Positions 1 through 14,399 are shown, numbered from the stretch's first letter. The stretch is 64,000 nt of DNA from Cycas panzhihuaensis (GCA_023213395.1 CM041465.1:154449741-154513740); one strand, 5' to 3'. Made by a program: numbers and translations. Notes: a model not told the origin generated them from the sequence alone.

Positions 1-289
1 TAGTAGATTTATTAGAATAATAAGGAGTTATTTGATTATTGACTTACTTCTACAAGAGGGTTTGGTAGGAGAGTTTTGTATGACAAAGAACATGAATCCC
101 AATCTATAAGAGTACATATTTCCCTAGCTCTTTACAAATGGCCTATTTGGAATCTTGCTTTCCTCTGGCCTACTAATTATAGCCTTGAAGACTAGAAGGG
201 TATGCATTTAGCAATTTGGCACTTCATGGAATTGTTAATAGTGTTCATGAGGGGGGTAAAGGAATGGAGTTAATAAGAATATGACCAAG

Positions 290-1138
290 GGTTTCGAGGT
301 TGTTTCCCTCAAATTTGGTAATTGACATAATGATGAATTGGTATAGACTTATGGCAATCTTATGGCACTTTGGCCTTTACTAGCTACCCATGTGGAAAAT
401 AGCTCACTCAGTGAACTTTTTTGTGTAGACATTTTCATAAATAGTTAGAATGCATCTTCCAGTGAAGAGTTTGAGTATGTTGATGGGCTTACATCCATGC
501 TTTTATGATTGTCTAGCCCATTTTTCCTAACAAATCAATGTGTTTTTAAATTCTTTTCTTGAAAGTTCTCGATAGTTTAGTGCCTTAGAAATCACAGTTA
601 TATCTTTAAACAATTGACTTTGAGCATTGGAAATAAATCCTAAGAATTATTAGATTTTGGAGCTATGAGGTGTGAAAGTAATGGTGTTAAAGAATATCTA
701 CAAATGAGGACAACACCTAAGTTCCACTTGAATAAGATTATGATTGGCACCTTTTTTAGTGGAGACTTTAGTAAAGGTAGTTGTACTACCATTTGAGAGT
801 ATGATTACGAGCATTGTAATCTTGACAATGTAGCTTGGTGTAACAATGATTATATACAATAACAAACGATTTCTAAAGGAAGACAAGTAGTAGCTCAAGT
901 AGATAAATTCATGATAAACACAGATGTTTTATTGAATAAGAGTTTTAAGGATGTAATAGAGCAGTAGGATAAACATTCAATGTTGAGGTAAACTTATCCC
1001 GAGGAACCCCTAGACTAAGGAACTTGGTAAGAAATGCATTAATTCTAAGAGAGATCATTCTATCATATAGACAACATCAAGCTAAATAGACCATTTTTGC
1101 ATCTAGTTATTAAAGTTGTGAAAGGGATTAAAGTTTAA
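290..1138 (+). pseudogene. Degenerate reading frame of unknown identity, probably internal to element A
   Basis: Frame 2 reads as protein-like sequence (DFGAMRCESNGVKEYLQMRTTPKFHLNKIMIGTFFSGDF...) broken by scattered stops. It is followed by a PPT-like ATTAAAAGGAGG. No family recognised. Confidence 0.25.
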
Positions 1139-1646
1139 TTACATATATTAAAAGGAGGTTAGATATCTATTATTTAATAATAATAATAGGAAGATAGTTT
1201 TGTTGGAAATAATAGCTACCCCGGTTAATATCCACTAATAGAGAAATTTGGGAATGTGCATTGGAAGCCATTTTTTATCAAAGTGGGAATACTTTCTTTT
1301 TAACTTGTTAAGAGAATTAAAGTATCCTAGTGAAGCTAAATGAATGAGCTATTATCTCGTTTCATGTAATCTAGGTGCATAGAATCAAACTTATGATGGC
1401 ATATTTAATGCCAAACTCAAAGGCATGAATTCTTAAATTCTAAAAATTATCCATTAGAAGTGTTATAGCTATCTTTACTATTACAGTTGCCATGTTTGAC
1501 AAATTTATAGGAATGAAGATATGTTTCTTATACTATATTATGTCAATTTTTACCAATCTATATAGATATTAAGCTTGGAGGAACAAATAATTTGTCCTCT
1601 CCATCACCATTAGTAATGGTATTTTTTTCCCCCTTCTTTTCCATAT

Positions 1647-1800
1647 GGAAGATGGCATGAATGTCACTTCTTTCACTCAAGGATATATTGACATTTATAG
1701 CAAACTAGTGATCTACCTAATGAGTACACCTTTGCCTACATTCTCCTAGCATATGCTAATTTGGCATCTAGAACATGTGGTGATAATAATAAAGATGATA
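1647..1800 (+). pseudogene. PLS-class pentatricopeptide repeat (PPR) gene fragment, 5' part
   Basis: Translates IY*HL*QTSDLPNEYTFAYILLAYANLASRTCGD, matching the PPR L-motif PNEFTFASILPACANLA. It continues after the LINE. Confidence 0.65.
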
Positions 1801-2319
1801 ATGGGTGATTGTAAATCAAGTTCTACTCTGATATAGGCCAAAGTGTTGAAGAAATTTGGAGCGATGACGACAAAGGTGATAGGGTGACCAAGGAGAAAGA
1901 TAGAACTATTAGGGTTTCCAGTAAGCTCTCGAAGTAAGGAAACTGGCGGCGGGACTATGATAGGTGCTCCTTGGGTGGTGCAGATACGATAGGGCCAGGT
2001 GCTACTTCTTAACGATGGGCAGATAGGAAAGTACTGAGCTAGGAGCAAGAGATGGTGGCACAAATGTGGAGGATCCTCACCCCTTTGCCTTTGTAATGGG
2101 CCTCTGTTAGTAGTGAGGTATATACTTTATACTTCTAAGATGTAAAGGGTGGTTTAGTTTGTGTAGAAACCCCAGGAGAATGATGTGGGCAGAGTGGGTG
2201 ACTATATAAAGGAGACTCTATTCATATTGAAGGCTATGTGTGAAGAGATTTTGTATTGGGTGAGTTTTTTATATGCTTTATTTGGCTTAAAGTTTTAAGT
2301 AGTAATAGTTTATTATCAA

Positions 2320-3570
2320 ATGGAGGAAATCTATCTAGTAAATCAGACTTAACTTCCCCCTCTGGGAAGGACCTACTATGATGTATTGAAAAAGGGAAGT
2401 AAAGACACATATGGGATAAACCCAATCACATAGGATAACCAAATTAAAATACCTATTCCAAAAGAACTAGTTGATAAGATGGAGAAATATTAGGAGAACT
2501 GCCTTGTAGGTAGGTTTTTGGGGCCTAGACCCAGACTAGACATTATCAGAAAATGGCTTAGGGTCAAATGGAGATCAAAGAGCCTAGTTGAGGTTATGGC
2601 CATGCTGAAAGACTACATTTTATTCAAGTTTGTCAATTAAGAAGATATGATAAGGGTCATACTTAAATCTTCTTGGATGCTTGGTTAGAAGGTAGTTACC
2701 TTAGAAAAGTGGCATCTAGATTTTGACCCTTTAGTTCTAACTATGAAGCAAGCACCAATTTAGGTATAGATGCCAAGACTTCCTTTAAATTTATGGAACT
2801 TGGATATGATAAAAGGTGTGGCGAGAGATATTGGTCCTCCATTGGCTATTAAATAAACCATAAAGAATAGAACTCGTTTAATAAATACTAGATTTTGTGT
2901 CCTAGAGAGATTAGAGAAAGGTCTACCAAGCAAGGTGAGGATTGAATCTGAAGGGTAGAATTTTGATTAGAAGCTAGCATATGAGTTGGAAAACTTAAGA
3001 TGTTCTAGGTGTAGAAGTATGGGACACCTCCCACTGAATTATCCAGGAGACCTAAAGAAATCAGAGGATGAGAAGGAGGACAGGGGTATACCTGAAGGTC
3101 CAAAAGAGGAAGTAGAGGAATCAGAGATTCAAAGGAGTAGAGAGAAAGGGAATTCCTAGGAAGAGCCATGTAAGGCAGGAGTATCTATTAATTGGGAGGA
3201 ATATAACTTCCTTTCTAAGGAAGGCGAGGATCAGGACCAACCAAAGGCTCAAGAGAGTGGGCCCTTAGAGAAGAGGGAGGGAACCCAATCCATTAAAGGC
3301 TAAGAGCATCAGAAGGAAGCTCACCCAATGTGAGAAGGGCAAGAAGGATTGACCACTGTAGAGCACATATGGGTAGCAAAGGGAAAAGGGCTAGAGGAGA
3401 CCCTAGCAGGTTAAAGGAAAGGTCCATACCTAGGGAGTAAGAGGAGGGTTGTTAGACCACTTAAAAGAATTATCCATGAAAGGGAGACTATCTCCTAAAT
3501 TGATCAGGGATTTTAGAGAACCCTAAAGGAAGGGGTGAATGAAGGACCATTTTTTAGGAGTAAGAGATGA
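2320..3570 (+). pseudogene. LINE ORF1 (DUF4283-type domain + zinc knuckle)
   Basis: Frame 1 from ATG 2320: ENCLVGRFLGPRPRLDIIRKWLRVKW...LEKWHLDFDP...MPRLPLNLW...CSRCRSMGH. Several in-frame stops; ends TGA 3568-3570. Confidence 0.85.
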
Positions 3571-3612
3571 TCGCTAGACAAGGGGTCAAGGCTGGGGGGG
3601 GCATCGAAGGAT

Positions 3613-6600
3613 ATGAGGTTAATATCTTGGAATATTAGGGGCCTAAATGCCCGCTCAAAGCAAAGAATTATTAAAGACTTGATAACCAAATTGGGAGAGG
3701 ATATTATTTTGCTTTAAGAGACTAAATTAGATAAAGATAAAGGAATAGAGGTCAAAAATAAGATATGGAGGAAAGGGGAAATTTTGGCAAAAGAAAGCTC
3801 TTTAGGCTCTAGATGCATGGCTATTCTCTGGAATCCAAAAGTTTAAGAAGGTATTGGGGTGATACAAGAATCTCACTTCATGATGGTATGCCTTACATGT
3901 CTGAGGATGAAAGTGCAATGGCTCATTACTAACATATATGCTCTAGTAATGATGGAAGGTAGGAATCTCCTATGGGATATGATTGTGGAATGTCACAAAG
4001 ATTAGAAAGGTCCTTGGCTAGTTGCAAGTGACTTAAATATGGCCTTGACCCTAGAAGAAAAGAGGGGGGGCCAAGAGGGCTGGTCAAGAAGTATGATTTA
4101 TCTAGGTGACTTCCTACAAAGGGGAGGCCTAATGGATATCCCTTTGAGAGGGGTAAAGTACACTTGGTCAAATAGAAGAATTAAAGACAACAATATTTAG
4201 ATAAGGCTTGATAGAGTAATGATAAATTACGAGTGGGCTTGCCTTTATGAAGACATCAAACTTAATGGCCTCCCAAAGGTGGCATCTCACCACTCGCCAC
4301 TGTTGTTGGATTTTAAACCTATGGAAAAACACCATGGGGCATCGTTTAGGTTTGAACTTATATGGATTAGAGATCCAGATCTTAGAGATCAGATTAAAGA
4401 ATGATAGAGTACTTTGTTTGAGGTTTATGCTATGTTCAGATTCTTAAAGAAACTGAATTAGGTGAAAAGGTAGCTAAAAGTGTAGAATAAAGAGGTTTTT
4501 AGAAACATCTTTGAATAAAAAGATCAAACTCTCAAGGATTTAAAAGAAATTAAGGGAAGAATCTAGACAGAAGGTAGGTCACTCTTACGAGATTAGAAGG
4601 AGCAAATAATTGTTAAGAACCTAGAAGATATCCTAGCAAAGGAAGAAATTCATTAGAAGTAGAAGCTTAGGGCCCTTTGGCTCATGGAGGGGGATAGAAA
4701 TACTAAATTCTTTGATATGACTACTTTGAAACATAGATCTTGTAACAAGATAAACAAATTAAGAAATAACAAAGGTGAAGAGGTAGAGTTAGAAGAGGAC
4801 CTAAAAGGCATAGATGTGGACTACTTTAAGAATCTTTTTGAGGATCCTGAATGCCAAGACCTAGAGCTGAGGAGGGACTTGATGGTATATATTCCTAAGC
4901 TAATCAAAGAGGATTAGAACATATGGTTATAGGAACCTTTGTTGATGGAGGAAGTGGAGAAGGCCCTCTTCTCCATGGGGAGGGATAAGGCCCTAGTCCA
5001 AATGGGTTCCCCCTAGGTTTCTTTCAAGAATTTTACGATGTTATTAGAGAGGACCTAAAAGTGGCTTCGGATGAATTCTATGAGAAGAGAATAATTCTTA
5101 AGGAGTGACAGGCTACCTTTGTAGTGTTAATCCCCAAGAAAGATAGAGCAAAAGATATGCAGGAGTATAGACTGATAAGTCTTTGTAACGTCAAATATAA
5201 AATTTTAGCAAAATTATTAGCCAATAGACTTAAGAATTGCATATCCCTCATTAAATCCCCAAACTAGGATGGTTTCATATGAGGTAGACAAATTCTTCAT
5301 GGTATCATTCTAGTCCATGAGACGATTCATTCGATAAATCAGAGGAAGGAAGTTGGTATAATAGTAAAAACTAACGTGTCAAAATCTTATGATAGAGTGG
5401 CTTGGGACTGCATGATGGACTATCTTAAGGCTTTTCGGTTCAATGAGGTTTGGAGAGGATGGATGGAAAACTATAGATCCAAACCTCATTATTCAATCTT
5501 GATAAATGGCACCTTGACACCTTTTTTTCCTAGGTGTAGAGGATTAAGACAAAGAAATCTTCTTTCACCCTACTTGTTTATCATTATAGCAGAGATCCTT
5601 GAGAAAGCGGTGGAAGAGGACAAAAGAAAAGGTTGGGTCTCAGGACTAAAGCCCACATCTAGCATTGATAATATTGTCCAACATCAGTTTATTGATGATA
5701 ATATTTTTCTAGGGAAGGTTGCTATAGGGGAAGCTAGGGCCCTTAAAGCTAGATTGCTTTCTTATAAGAGAGCTACAAACCAAAAAATAAAATTGGAAAA
5801 AAATTCTATCTTTTTAATAAATACCCATGAGAGACTACAAAGGCTGATTAGTAAGGAGATGAGGATCCCTATTAGGTCTCTCCTACCTACATATCTTAGG
5901 ATGCCTCTATTTATTGGGAACATGCATGGGGAACTCTAGAACCCCATTGTGGATAGAGTATAAAAGAAGTTGGTGTGGTGGAAAGGAACCCTCCTCACTC
6001 AAGCTAGGAAGATTCAGCTAGTGGTTGCCTCTCTACAGAGCATATTTGTGTATATGATATCTATCTTCAAGGTCCCTATTAGAGTATTATCAATTTTAGA
6101 AGGCATCCAAAAAGGGTACCTTTGGTCTAGCACAAAGGAAAAAAATAGAATCCATCTTGTGGCTTGGAATAAGGTGTGCACTCATGGATGGGTAGGTGGG
6201 CTAAATATTAGAAGGTTGGATCCTTTTAATAGAGCCGTTATGGCTAAGTTGGGATGGAGACTACTTAGGAACCCAGAAAGTCATTAGGGTAAGATTATCT
6301 CCAATAAATATCTAAGGGGTAATCATTTTTTAAAAGTAGAGGGGGGGTAGCTCATGGATCCCCAATTTAAAGGAGTTTAGTTCAAGCTAAACCTATCTTA
6401 TTATCTGGCATGGGATGTAATCTTGGAAATGGTAAAACTATAAATTTTTGGAAGGACAAATGGTGTGGAAACTATACTTTGAAAGAAAATCCTAGCCTTG
6501 GAGTCTTGTAGGTAGTCTGTGAAGAGAAATATGCCACTAGGGTTAGGGATTACTGAGAGGGTTAAGGCAGACATAGATTATGGAGATCCTTTGAGGAGTT

Positions 6601-7817
6601 GGAAGCATCCCAAGGAAGGGGAGAAACATTATGGCATTACAGAAGGAGTTGGTCCAATATTATATCCCAAAAAATATAAACATAGATATGATCATATGGG
6701 CTATTTCCCCATCAAGGGAATACATAATCAAACAGGGTTATTTAGCCTTATGTTCAAAGGCTAGGTTGGTTAAGAATCTCCTACTGAATGGGGTGTGGAA
6801 GTTGGGTCTTATACCAAAGGTGGTGATCTTTTGGTAGCTCTATCTGATGAATAAAATCCTAATGGTGGATAATCTTCATAGGCACAGGTACACTATGCCA
6901 AATTTATGTGTATTATATAAGAAGTATGAGGAGACTTTAAACCACATCAACATTCATAGTTCCCTTTTTAGAAGTATTCAGGCTTGTATTTGGTCTAAAT
7001 TTAGGATCTCATGGGTGAACCCTAGGTCCCTGGAAGATCTTTGGAGGGCATGGATATCTCCCTTTAGAAGCAAGACTTTAGGATTACTCTGGAAAATTAT
7101 ACTACCAATGGTGGTTTGGAATATCTAAAAGGAAAGAAGTAGAAGAATATTCTAGGGGAAAGAGCTAGACGAGATAAAGATCTATGAGATGATATATTCA
7201 ACGACACTGGAATATGTCAAACATGTGGATGAGAAAGGTATTTCAGAAAGGGAGGGTAGGATTATTGATTGCTAGGGCATTAACAGACCAAATATTATGG
7301 AAACCAAGAGAAGGGAATGTAGGTGTAGCTGCCTAAAGACAACTGGGTTTAAATCAATTTTAATGGGGCTATAAAAGGAAATCTAGGTGAGGTTAGAGGG
7401 GGTGGTTTGTGTAGATACTCAAATGGTAGAGTAAGGTGGGTCTTTGTGAAATATTATGGCTAGTAGATAAATCATAAAGCCGAGTTAAAGGTGATGTAGA
7501 AAGCAATTTTTATGGCCAAGGAGGATGACCTAAACATGGTGGAGATTGAAGGAGACTTGATGAATGTGGTTAGGATCCTTAAAGGTGATACTAAGGTAGA
7601 CTGGCAAAATGAGGAGATGGTAAGGGATGCTCAAGAGGTTTTAAAGGTAAAGGAGGGTTATTGGAGTGGTCACACGTATAGAGAAGGAAATACTATAGCT
7701 AATTGGTTGGCCAACTGGGTAGTCTCTAATAAGTGCAAGAAAGTTTGGAATGCTGACTTCTTGGAGGATCTTCTAAGTCTAGTCAAAATGGATAGGTTAA
7801 CTAAGAAGGAGGGTTAA
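3613..7817 (+). pseudogene. LINE ORF2 (APE endonuclease, RT, zf-RVT, RNase H)
   Basis: MRLISWNIRGLN (APE start); ASHHSPLLL...FRFE; GDRNTKFF; KSYDRVAW...RGLRQRNLLSPYLF...QFIDDN (RT); HLVAWNKVC; EIEGDLMNVV...HTYREGNTIANWLAN (RNase H). Multiple stops and frameshifts. Confidence 0.95.
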
Positions 7818-8002
7818 GCTAGCCATTAGGCTTGTCATGGTATTTAGGGTTAATGTGGGCAAGAGGATTTGAGATCAGCTAAGCCATGGGCTTATTATGG
7901 CCCTCTCATTTATAGCTGAATGGCAAATCCTATAAAAGTTTTGGGGCCCTTATAAAACCCCATCTACTTTTTTACTAAATCTATAAAAAAAAAAAAAAAA
8001 CC

Positions 8003-8098
8003 ATAAAGATGATACAGAGTATTTGATAGAATGTCTAAGTAAACTATTGCAGTAAGGAATGGATTAATTTTAGGATATGTACAGTTATGTTATTTAAT
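8003..8098 (+). pseudogene. PPR gene fragment, 3' part
   Basis: YRVFDRMSK*TIAVRNGLILGYVQL matches the PPR consensus [25 protein letters not shown]. Confidence 0.65.
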
Positions 8099-8227
8099 GG
8101 CTAGTTCCTGCACCTATTTTTTCCACTTCAATTAATTAAGATTCATCCCAATCAAAAGAATGTCAAGAGAATAAGGTTGTATATGGTACAATTCTTTTGT
8201 TATAAAAAATTAAATATTATGGAGGGA

Positions 8228-8579
8228 TGTTGGAATATAATGTTTAATTTTTAAAGTGATGACATTATGTTAATGTCATAGTTGGGGTTAATTATAATTG
8301 AGGTTATGAGCCTATATATGTAGGGTACCTTTCACTCACACCTCTTTGTAACATTTTTGTAATTTGATCATACAAGGTGTCATATATTGCCTTGACTGAT
8401 CAACCCTTGATATTCCCATATCATGTAATGATTTTACATTGTTATATATGTACACACTTGATTCTTAATTTATTAATGAGCTATATACTAGTTTTGGTAG
8501 TTCATTTTTTTGGCTCTCATAAATCAAGTGTGTGCATTTTTTTGCTCCTTTCATGAGAATGTTACTTAGTTGTTTAACA
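8228..8579 (+). repeat. Putative 3' LTR of element A
   Basis: TGTT...AACA termini, preceded by a PPT. The right end is uncertain without a partner LTR. Confidence 0.5.
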
Positions 8580-8702
8580 CTTAAGGTAAAATTTATGTGA
8601 AATCTATATTAAAAGCTCAAGCTTACCAAGGACTTAATCTATGTATATTTTTTAGAAAGAGGCATCTTTATGGTGGTTTTCAAATTTTTAAGATCCTCTT
8701 TA

Positions 8703-11700
8703 TGTTGGAATGTTGATTATCACAATATCTAATGTAATGTTTAATTGATGCAATTTGGTTGATAATTAATGATTAGTCAATATAATGGTTATGATGTAAT
8801 ATACCATTAGTACATATTTGATATAATATCACTAGATGATGAAGAGGTGGTATATCTCTATACAAAGGCATATTTATTAAAAAGCAAATTAGATCACATA
8901 GTTCTCCTTGTGATTAGAGTGACTTGATTGATCTTCTTTATAATTTATTAATATGATATCTCATATAATATTTAGAAGTGGTTTTGCCTATTGAGAGTAT
9001 TCTACATTAAATCTTATATCACATATCTTCATAGAATGATATTACCCTTAATTCCTTATCATTTTAATTATAATATTAATTGACCATATGAATGCTACTG
9101 CTTCCACACATATTGATGAACATATTTATGGTTGATATATTCTACTTATATATACTAGTGCATATTTTTTATTATGATATTAATGCATATTAACTTTTCA
9201 ATATGGTATATGAGCCTAGGTGACATAAACCCTAAGTATGAAGATCCTGAGGAGGCCTGTGAACTGTTAGTTTAAGACTCTATATATGATGAAGCAAGGT
9301 AAAGTAGAAAGATGGAAGTAGACTTGAGATAGTCATGTCCTAAGATAGGATATACTTAAAGGAGATTAAAGGAATTACTATATATTTGTGTAACTAATGT
9401 TAAGATGAGATGATGATGAGAGTTTCATAAAGAAAATTACATATAGGATGAAGACTAACATGAAACTTACCATACTATTATTTATTTATTGAGTTATTTT
9501 ATATATTTATATGTACATGGAGCTTTTATAGAAAACATGTAGGTTTATTAATGTTCTTCTATAAGAAGAGCTCACTAAAATTTAACTATACATTATACAA
9601 AGGCAAGAAGAGAGAGTTATTACTCTATTAATATAAGAAGCTAAGATTATTAAAGAGCACATGCATATTGTGACAATCTTTACCACCTAAAAATGATCCA
9701 TATTGCATGATGTGTAAGGTAATTGATAATGAAGCATAAAATATGTTACTGGAATTTATGAGTGTCTAGTTAATGGATTCACTATCAAAGTTAAAAGATG
9801 GAGCAATTTGTGAGTGTCCTTATTGGATTCACTAGTAATAATTTATGGGCAACAAAGTGGAGATAAATAAGTAGTAGATCTATATGTTGAATATATGGTA
9901 GTTTGAATAAAATTTTGATGGAGAAGATGAACACATTTAAAGGCCATTTTCATATGAGAATAAATCCTATTGGTAAGGAAATTGGTACCATGACTTTTTT
10001 TAGTTAAGATATTTGGTTAATTTATGAAGTTGATTGATAGTTTAAAGTGTGATTTGAATAAAGTGAGTGAAGGGAACCAAACGTATGTGTAAAATATAAA
10101 GTTTTAATACATATTCTAATGGGAAAGATATTTTATAGAAATAAATATCCAAAGAAGAGATACAATAAAGTGAGGGTTTGTGAAATGATAAGGGTTGCCA
10201 CATGTAATTATTCTCTCTCTTGATATCAAGTTTGTTATGCATTTCTCTATATGATATGGTAATCAAACAATATAGATGAAGAGTAACTACCCAAGGGGGA
10301 ATTCCACATAAACAAAAATGGTGAATGAGAGGAGAGGGGACTAGCCATCTATATTCTATTTAAAGTTATGAGTCAAAATGTATTATATTGGTATTCTAGT
10401 AGAAGGTTCAAACTTGTGTGATTACTTATAAATGAATCCTTATTATTTAAGCTTCTCCCACAATATTTGGACATTCTATAGGTATACATGACACTTGAGA
10501 AGAGCTAAGTCCCATGGATGAGTAATGCCAAAGATGCATAAATCTACATAGACGTAGACCACAATGAAATCATCACTCACATAGTACTTATAGCTCATCA
10601 AACCATACATGATGATGAAATTATATGTTTTCAATAATTCTCTTTGTGTTTTCATTGGATTTCTTACATTTTAGTGTATGAGGACATTTCAATGGTAGAT
10701 AAGTGAAAAGTTTTCTCTAATCCACTTTGATTTTCATTAAAATCTACTCGTAATTAATCATCATTGCCAATAATCTATGTAAATAAAAATGATATTTTAA
10801 TGATTAATTTATAGTTTATAAATTTTAAACAAAATTTAATTACATTTCTTAATATTTAAAATCCACTCGTTAACCTCCTAGTGAAGAAGTCATGATCATA
10901 TGATGAAAATACATGACCAATATCCTAGAAGAAAATGTACCAAACCTGTTTATCCCCTTAACATGAAAATCTTATGATCTACTAAAATTATTTCACTCAT
11001 AACCTTTTCATATGGTATTGAAAGAAAAAACTAATAAAAGTGATGGAAACTAGAATCACATAAAGATGAAATGAGTGATCACATGACTAAAATTGAGTGA
11101 AGGAAAATTAATAAACTCATGAATGTATTTTTAAAAAAATTGAAGACATATTTTGATCTTTAGTAGTTCTTAAGTATTTTTTGAAGGTTATTAATGTGTG
11201 ACTTGATAAATTTTAATAGAAAATAGAGAAAAAATTTGACTTATTTTAAGCATTTTTAAGAACATCTAGGAAGTATTTTTCAAAAGATATAAGAGAAAAG
11301 AAATATCAAATTTTACAATTTAGAATGACGATATAAATATCCTAAGTGGATGAAAAAATTTAACATAGTAAATATACACCATAAATTCAAAAATGATGAT
11401 AAAAAGTTGATGAAAAAAGATAATTTAATTACTTAATTTGATTGAATGAAAGGCTAGATCAAACCATTTTGATTTATTTAAAATTTATTGATTTTTTAGA
11501 ATGATTATTATTTGTGGATGAATATACCCACCTATTAATATCAGAGGAGCAAACGAGTCCTATATGATTATTTGATGATTAATTGGTAATAATAATTGTA
11601 GGTTATCCATACAAAGGTTTTTAGATATTGATGAGTCCAACTAAATAACATGTTTTTAGTTAGAAATCTAATAATCGGATATAACAAGTTATGTGGAATA

Positions 11701-12810
11701 CATTTCTCATGTTATAATATTGTAATGAATTTGATTAGCTAGGTAGTATAGCATATTCCTCTAGTTTATTTATTTTGGAATGAATTAAGAGTCTGGTTAG
11801 TAAAGAAAAGGCTATAAGAGATACTTACGTAGAATCACTAATGGAGACATTATAAGAGTTTTCTCATTATCTTATAGGAAAAGAGCCCCAAAAAAATTTG
11901 AAGGATACTATTATTATATCATATTTATCTAGCCAAGTAGCTAAACTTGTTCTCAAAGTATATATTTTTTTAATTAATAAAGCTAATGAAGAATACATGT
12001 TAAATACTTCCTATATAATTAGTGATATTAGTGATTGTTTACCTTTGCATTTTGATAGATGTTTATGATTTTATATGGACAATAGCAAATTTTTTTATTT
12101 TAAGTTAATAAGCTTATTTATACTACTTATAAGTGGAAGATATGAAGTTATGGAGAAGAGACTTCGTATGTTATGTCAAGTTATGAGTTGTATTTCTTTG
12201 ATAGTTTAGAAGTGGTGAAATTATACAATATTTACTTACAAGAAAATAAGCATGATAAAGATAAGTTTGATTAAATGATATTTACAAGTAATATGAGGAC
12301 AAATAGATCCATCATATTAAAATATTATATAAATTAAACATTAAAGAGGAGTGTTAGAATATTGATTATTGCAATATTTAGTATAATCTTTAATTAACAT
12401 GGTTAGGTTGAGGGTTGATGATTGGCCAATGTAGAGGTTATAACATATGATATTATTAGTACATGTTCTATGTAATATCATTAGATGATGAAGAGGTGAC
12501 ATAAGTCTATATAAGGCCATGCTTATTTTAAGGAAAATTATATTATCTAGTTCTCCTTATAAGACTTGGATGAATTAAGTTAATATTGTATATCATTCAT
12601 CAATATGAGATTTTGTAAAATATTTGGAAGTGGTTTTTCCCATCAAGAAATTTTCATATTAAATTTTATGTTGCATATCTTAGATGAATGATTAAATCTT
12701 TAATTATCCTTAATTCCTTATCACGTTGATTATATTATTGATTGATTATATGAATGTTAATACTTCCATATATATTAATGAATATATATTCATGGCTGAC
12801 ATATCTTGCT
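8703..12810 (+). mobile_element. Element B: old, internally deleted Copia-type LTR retrotransposon
   Basis: 5' LTR 8703-9203, PBS-like TGGTATATGAGC 9204-9215, PPT ATTAAAGAGGAG before a homologous 3' LTR from 12352 that is truncated at ~12810. The LTRs are strongly diverged (roughly 70% by eye) and the internal coding remnants are very decayed. Confidence 0.75.
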
Positions 12811-14399
12811 TTCCCTCCTTTGATACCATGTTCCCTTATAATTTCCCTCCAATGATGGAAAATATACATTTATGGGAATTAATGTAGACTTGATGTACTT
12901 TTTATCTTTTAAAATGAACTAAAGTTCATGAATGTGGTTTTGCTTGTACCTAAAAATGTGAAGCATATTACCCATATATATAATAATTATTTTATCAATC
13001 ATGTCATAAAAGATGTATTATATTTCTAATTGGTAAGTGGTCTTTATATTATTGATCCTTAAAGACATGGCTGTGAAAGTGAAAGTACCCCAAGGTATGG
13101 TGAATGCTATTTTAGAATTATCTTTAGATAAGATGGTAATCTGGTTATACCTCAAAAACCCATACATATGGGACATGATCACAAAGACTCTTGTTTGATC
13201 TAGAATATGATCAATGAAGGGCATGGGGAAGCTATGTTTAAGGAATGAATCATTAATATTTTAAAACTTTTTATAGATCTAAATTAAGCCATTCTTATTT
13301 GCCATTAGTATAATGTTCAAAATCCATTTAGGTAAACTGATAGATTCAACTTCTAACTTGATAGCAGTTAAATATTTACAGTAAGAGGAACTTATTTTTA
13401 TCTTTCAGGGCTATCTTCCAAGGTTATTATGATGTTGTGGACCACTACATTAGGATGGAGACCTTTCATATCACTATAATACTAAGCAAATATGGAAGAG
13501 AACATTCCAAAGTATTCCTTGAGTTAGTTGATTTCCTATAACATGCATTCTACCCTAACTTTTTTGAGCTCAGGCTAATTATCAATCCTTAAGTCAATGC
13601 CAAATATTTTCCCTTAGAGAATTATATTGACCTCTTTGAAATATAGTGGTATGAGCTCAATGAAAGGGGAAGTTTAAGGATGACTTATGTCTTGGATACT
13701 AGAGGAGTATTCAATTAGATGAACTTAGAAAGACTAAGTTTATGATGGGTTTCTAGAAGGTTCATGTATGAATTTAAAAGTGTTATAGGAGAGACTTATT
13801 ATTTTCAAAGAGGTCCAAATTAGAGACAACTATTATGCTTATATTCACTTCTTTTTCGTTCTCTTCCTTATTTAGTTTTATTGGATTTGTGGTAAAGTAT
13901 AGTTTAAGTCCTAGTATAACAAGAGATAAATTAGAATTGGTTTATTTGGGAATGGTTTTTGCTATGGAATGTATTCTTTATGGGGCTTTCTTTTCTACTT
14001 TAGTCCTTTTTATTTATTGTTATGAATGAATTATTACTCTTTAAATATAGATGAGCATACTGTTGGACATAAGGATAGAGCAAAGTAGTAAAATATTAAT
14101 CCATATTGAAAATAATCAATATAATCTTTGAGCTTTAAAGGTAGTGTTAAAAAACACTAGGTTACTCCACCTCTTTAATTTATAGTTTAGGAGGTAGGCG
14201 AAAACCCACCTCAATTGACATAATTCAAAATCAAAATAATAATAAATCAAAATAATAAAATATACTTAACTTAACAGTTGACAGATTGAGGATGACTTGA
14301 GACGACTGGTGGTGGCTTACATGTTCCCAATGCATATGCTTGTATAATTTTAATGAATAGTAATGAACATTAATGCTTACATTCTCCTCCATAATATTC

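Larger units (their letters stand above)
1801..8000 (+). mobile_element. Full-length L1-clade LINE with C-terminal RNase H, inactivated
   Basis: ~520-bp 5' UTR, ORF1, ORF2, short 3' UTR and A16 tail (7985-8000). TSD ATAAAGATGATA at 1789-1800 and 8003-8014. Confidence 0.95.
1..8579 (+). mobile_element. Element A: 3' portion of a probable non-autonomous LTR retrotransposon (5' end outside the window) carrying a PPR fragment and a LINE insertion
   Basis: PPT-like ATTATGGAGGGA (8216-8227) directly before TGTTGG at 8228. An LTR-like segment with TATA (CCTATATATG) ends TTTAACA at 8579. The partner LTR is not in the window. Confidence 0.5.

Noticed and set aside
700-1125. Serpin-like words PKFHL and IKLNRPFLHLV
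   Set aside because: The spacing is wrong and there is no reactive-loop hinge motif; likely chance.
10660-11540. AT-rich block inside element B as a possible MITE/DNA transposon
   Set aside because: No convincing terminal inverted repeats or TSD could be defined by eye.
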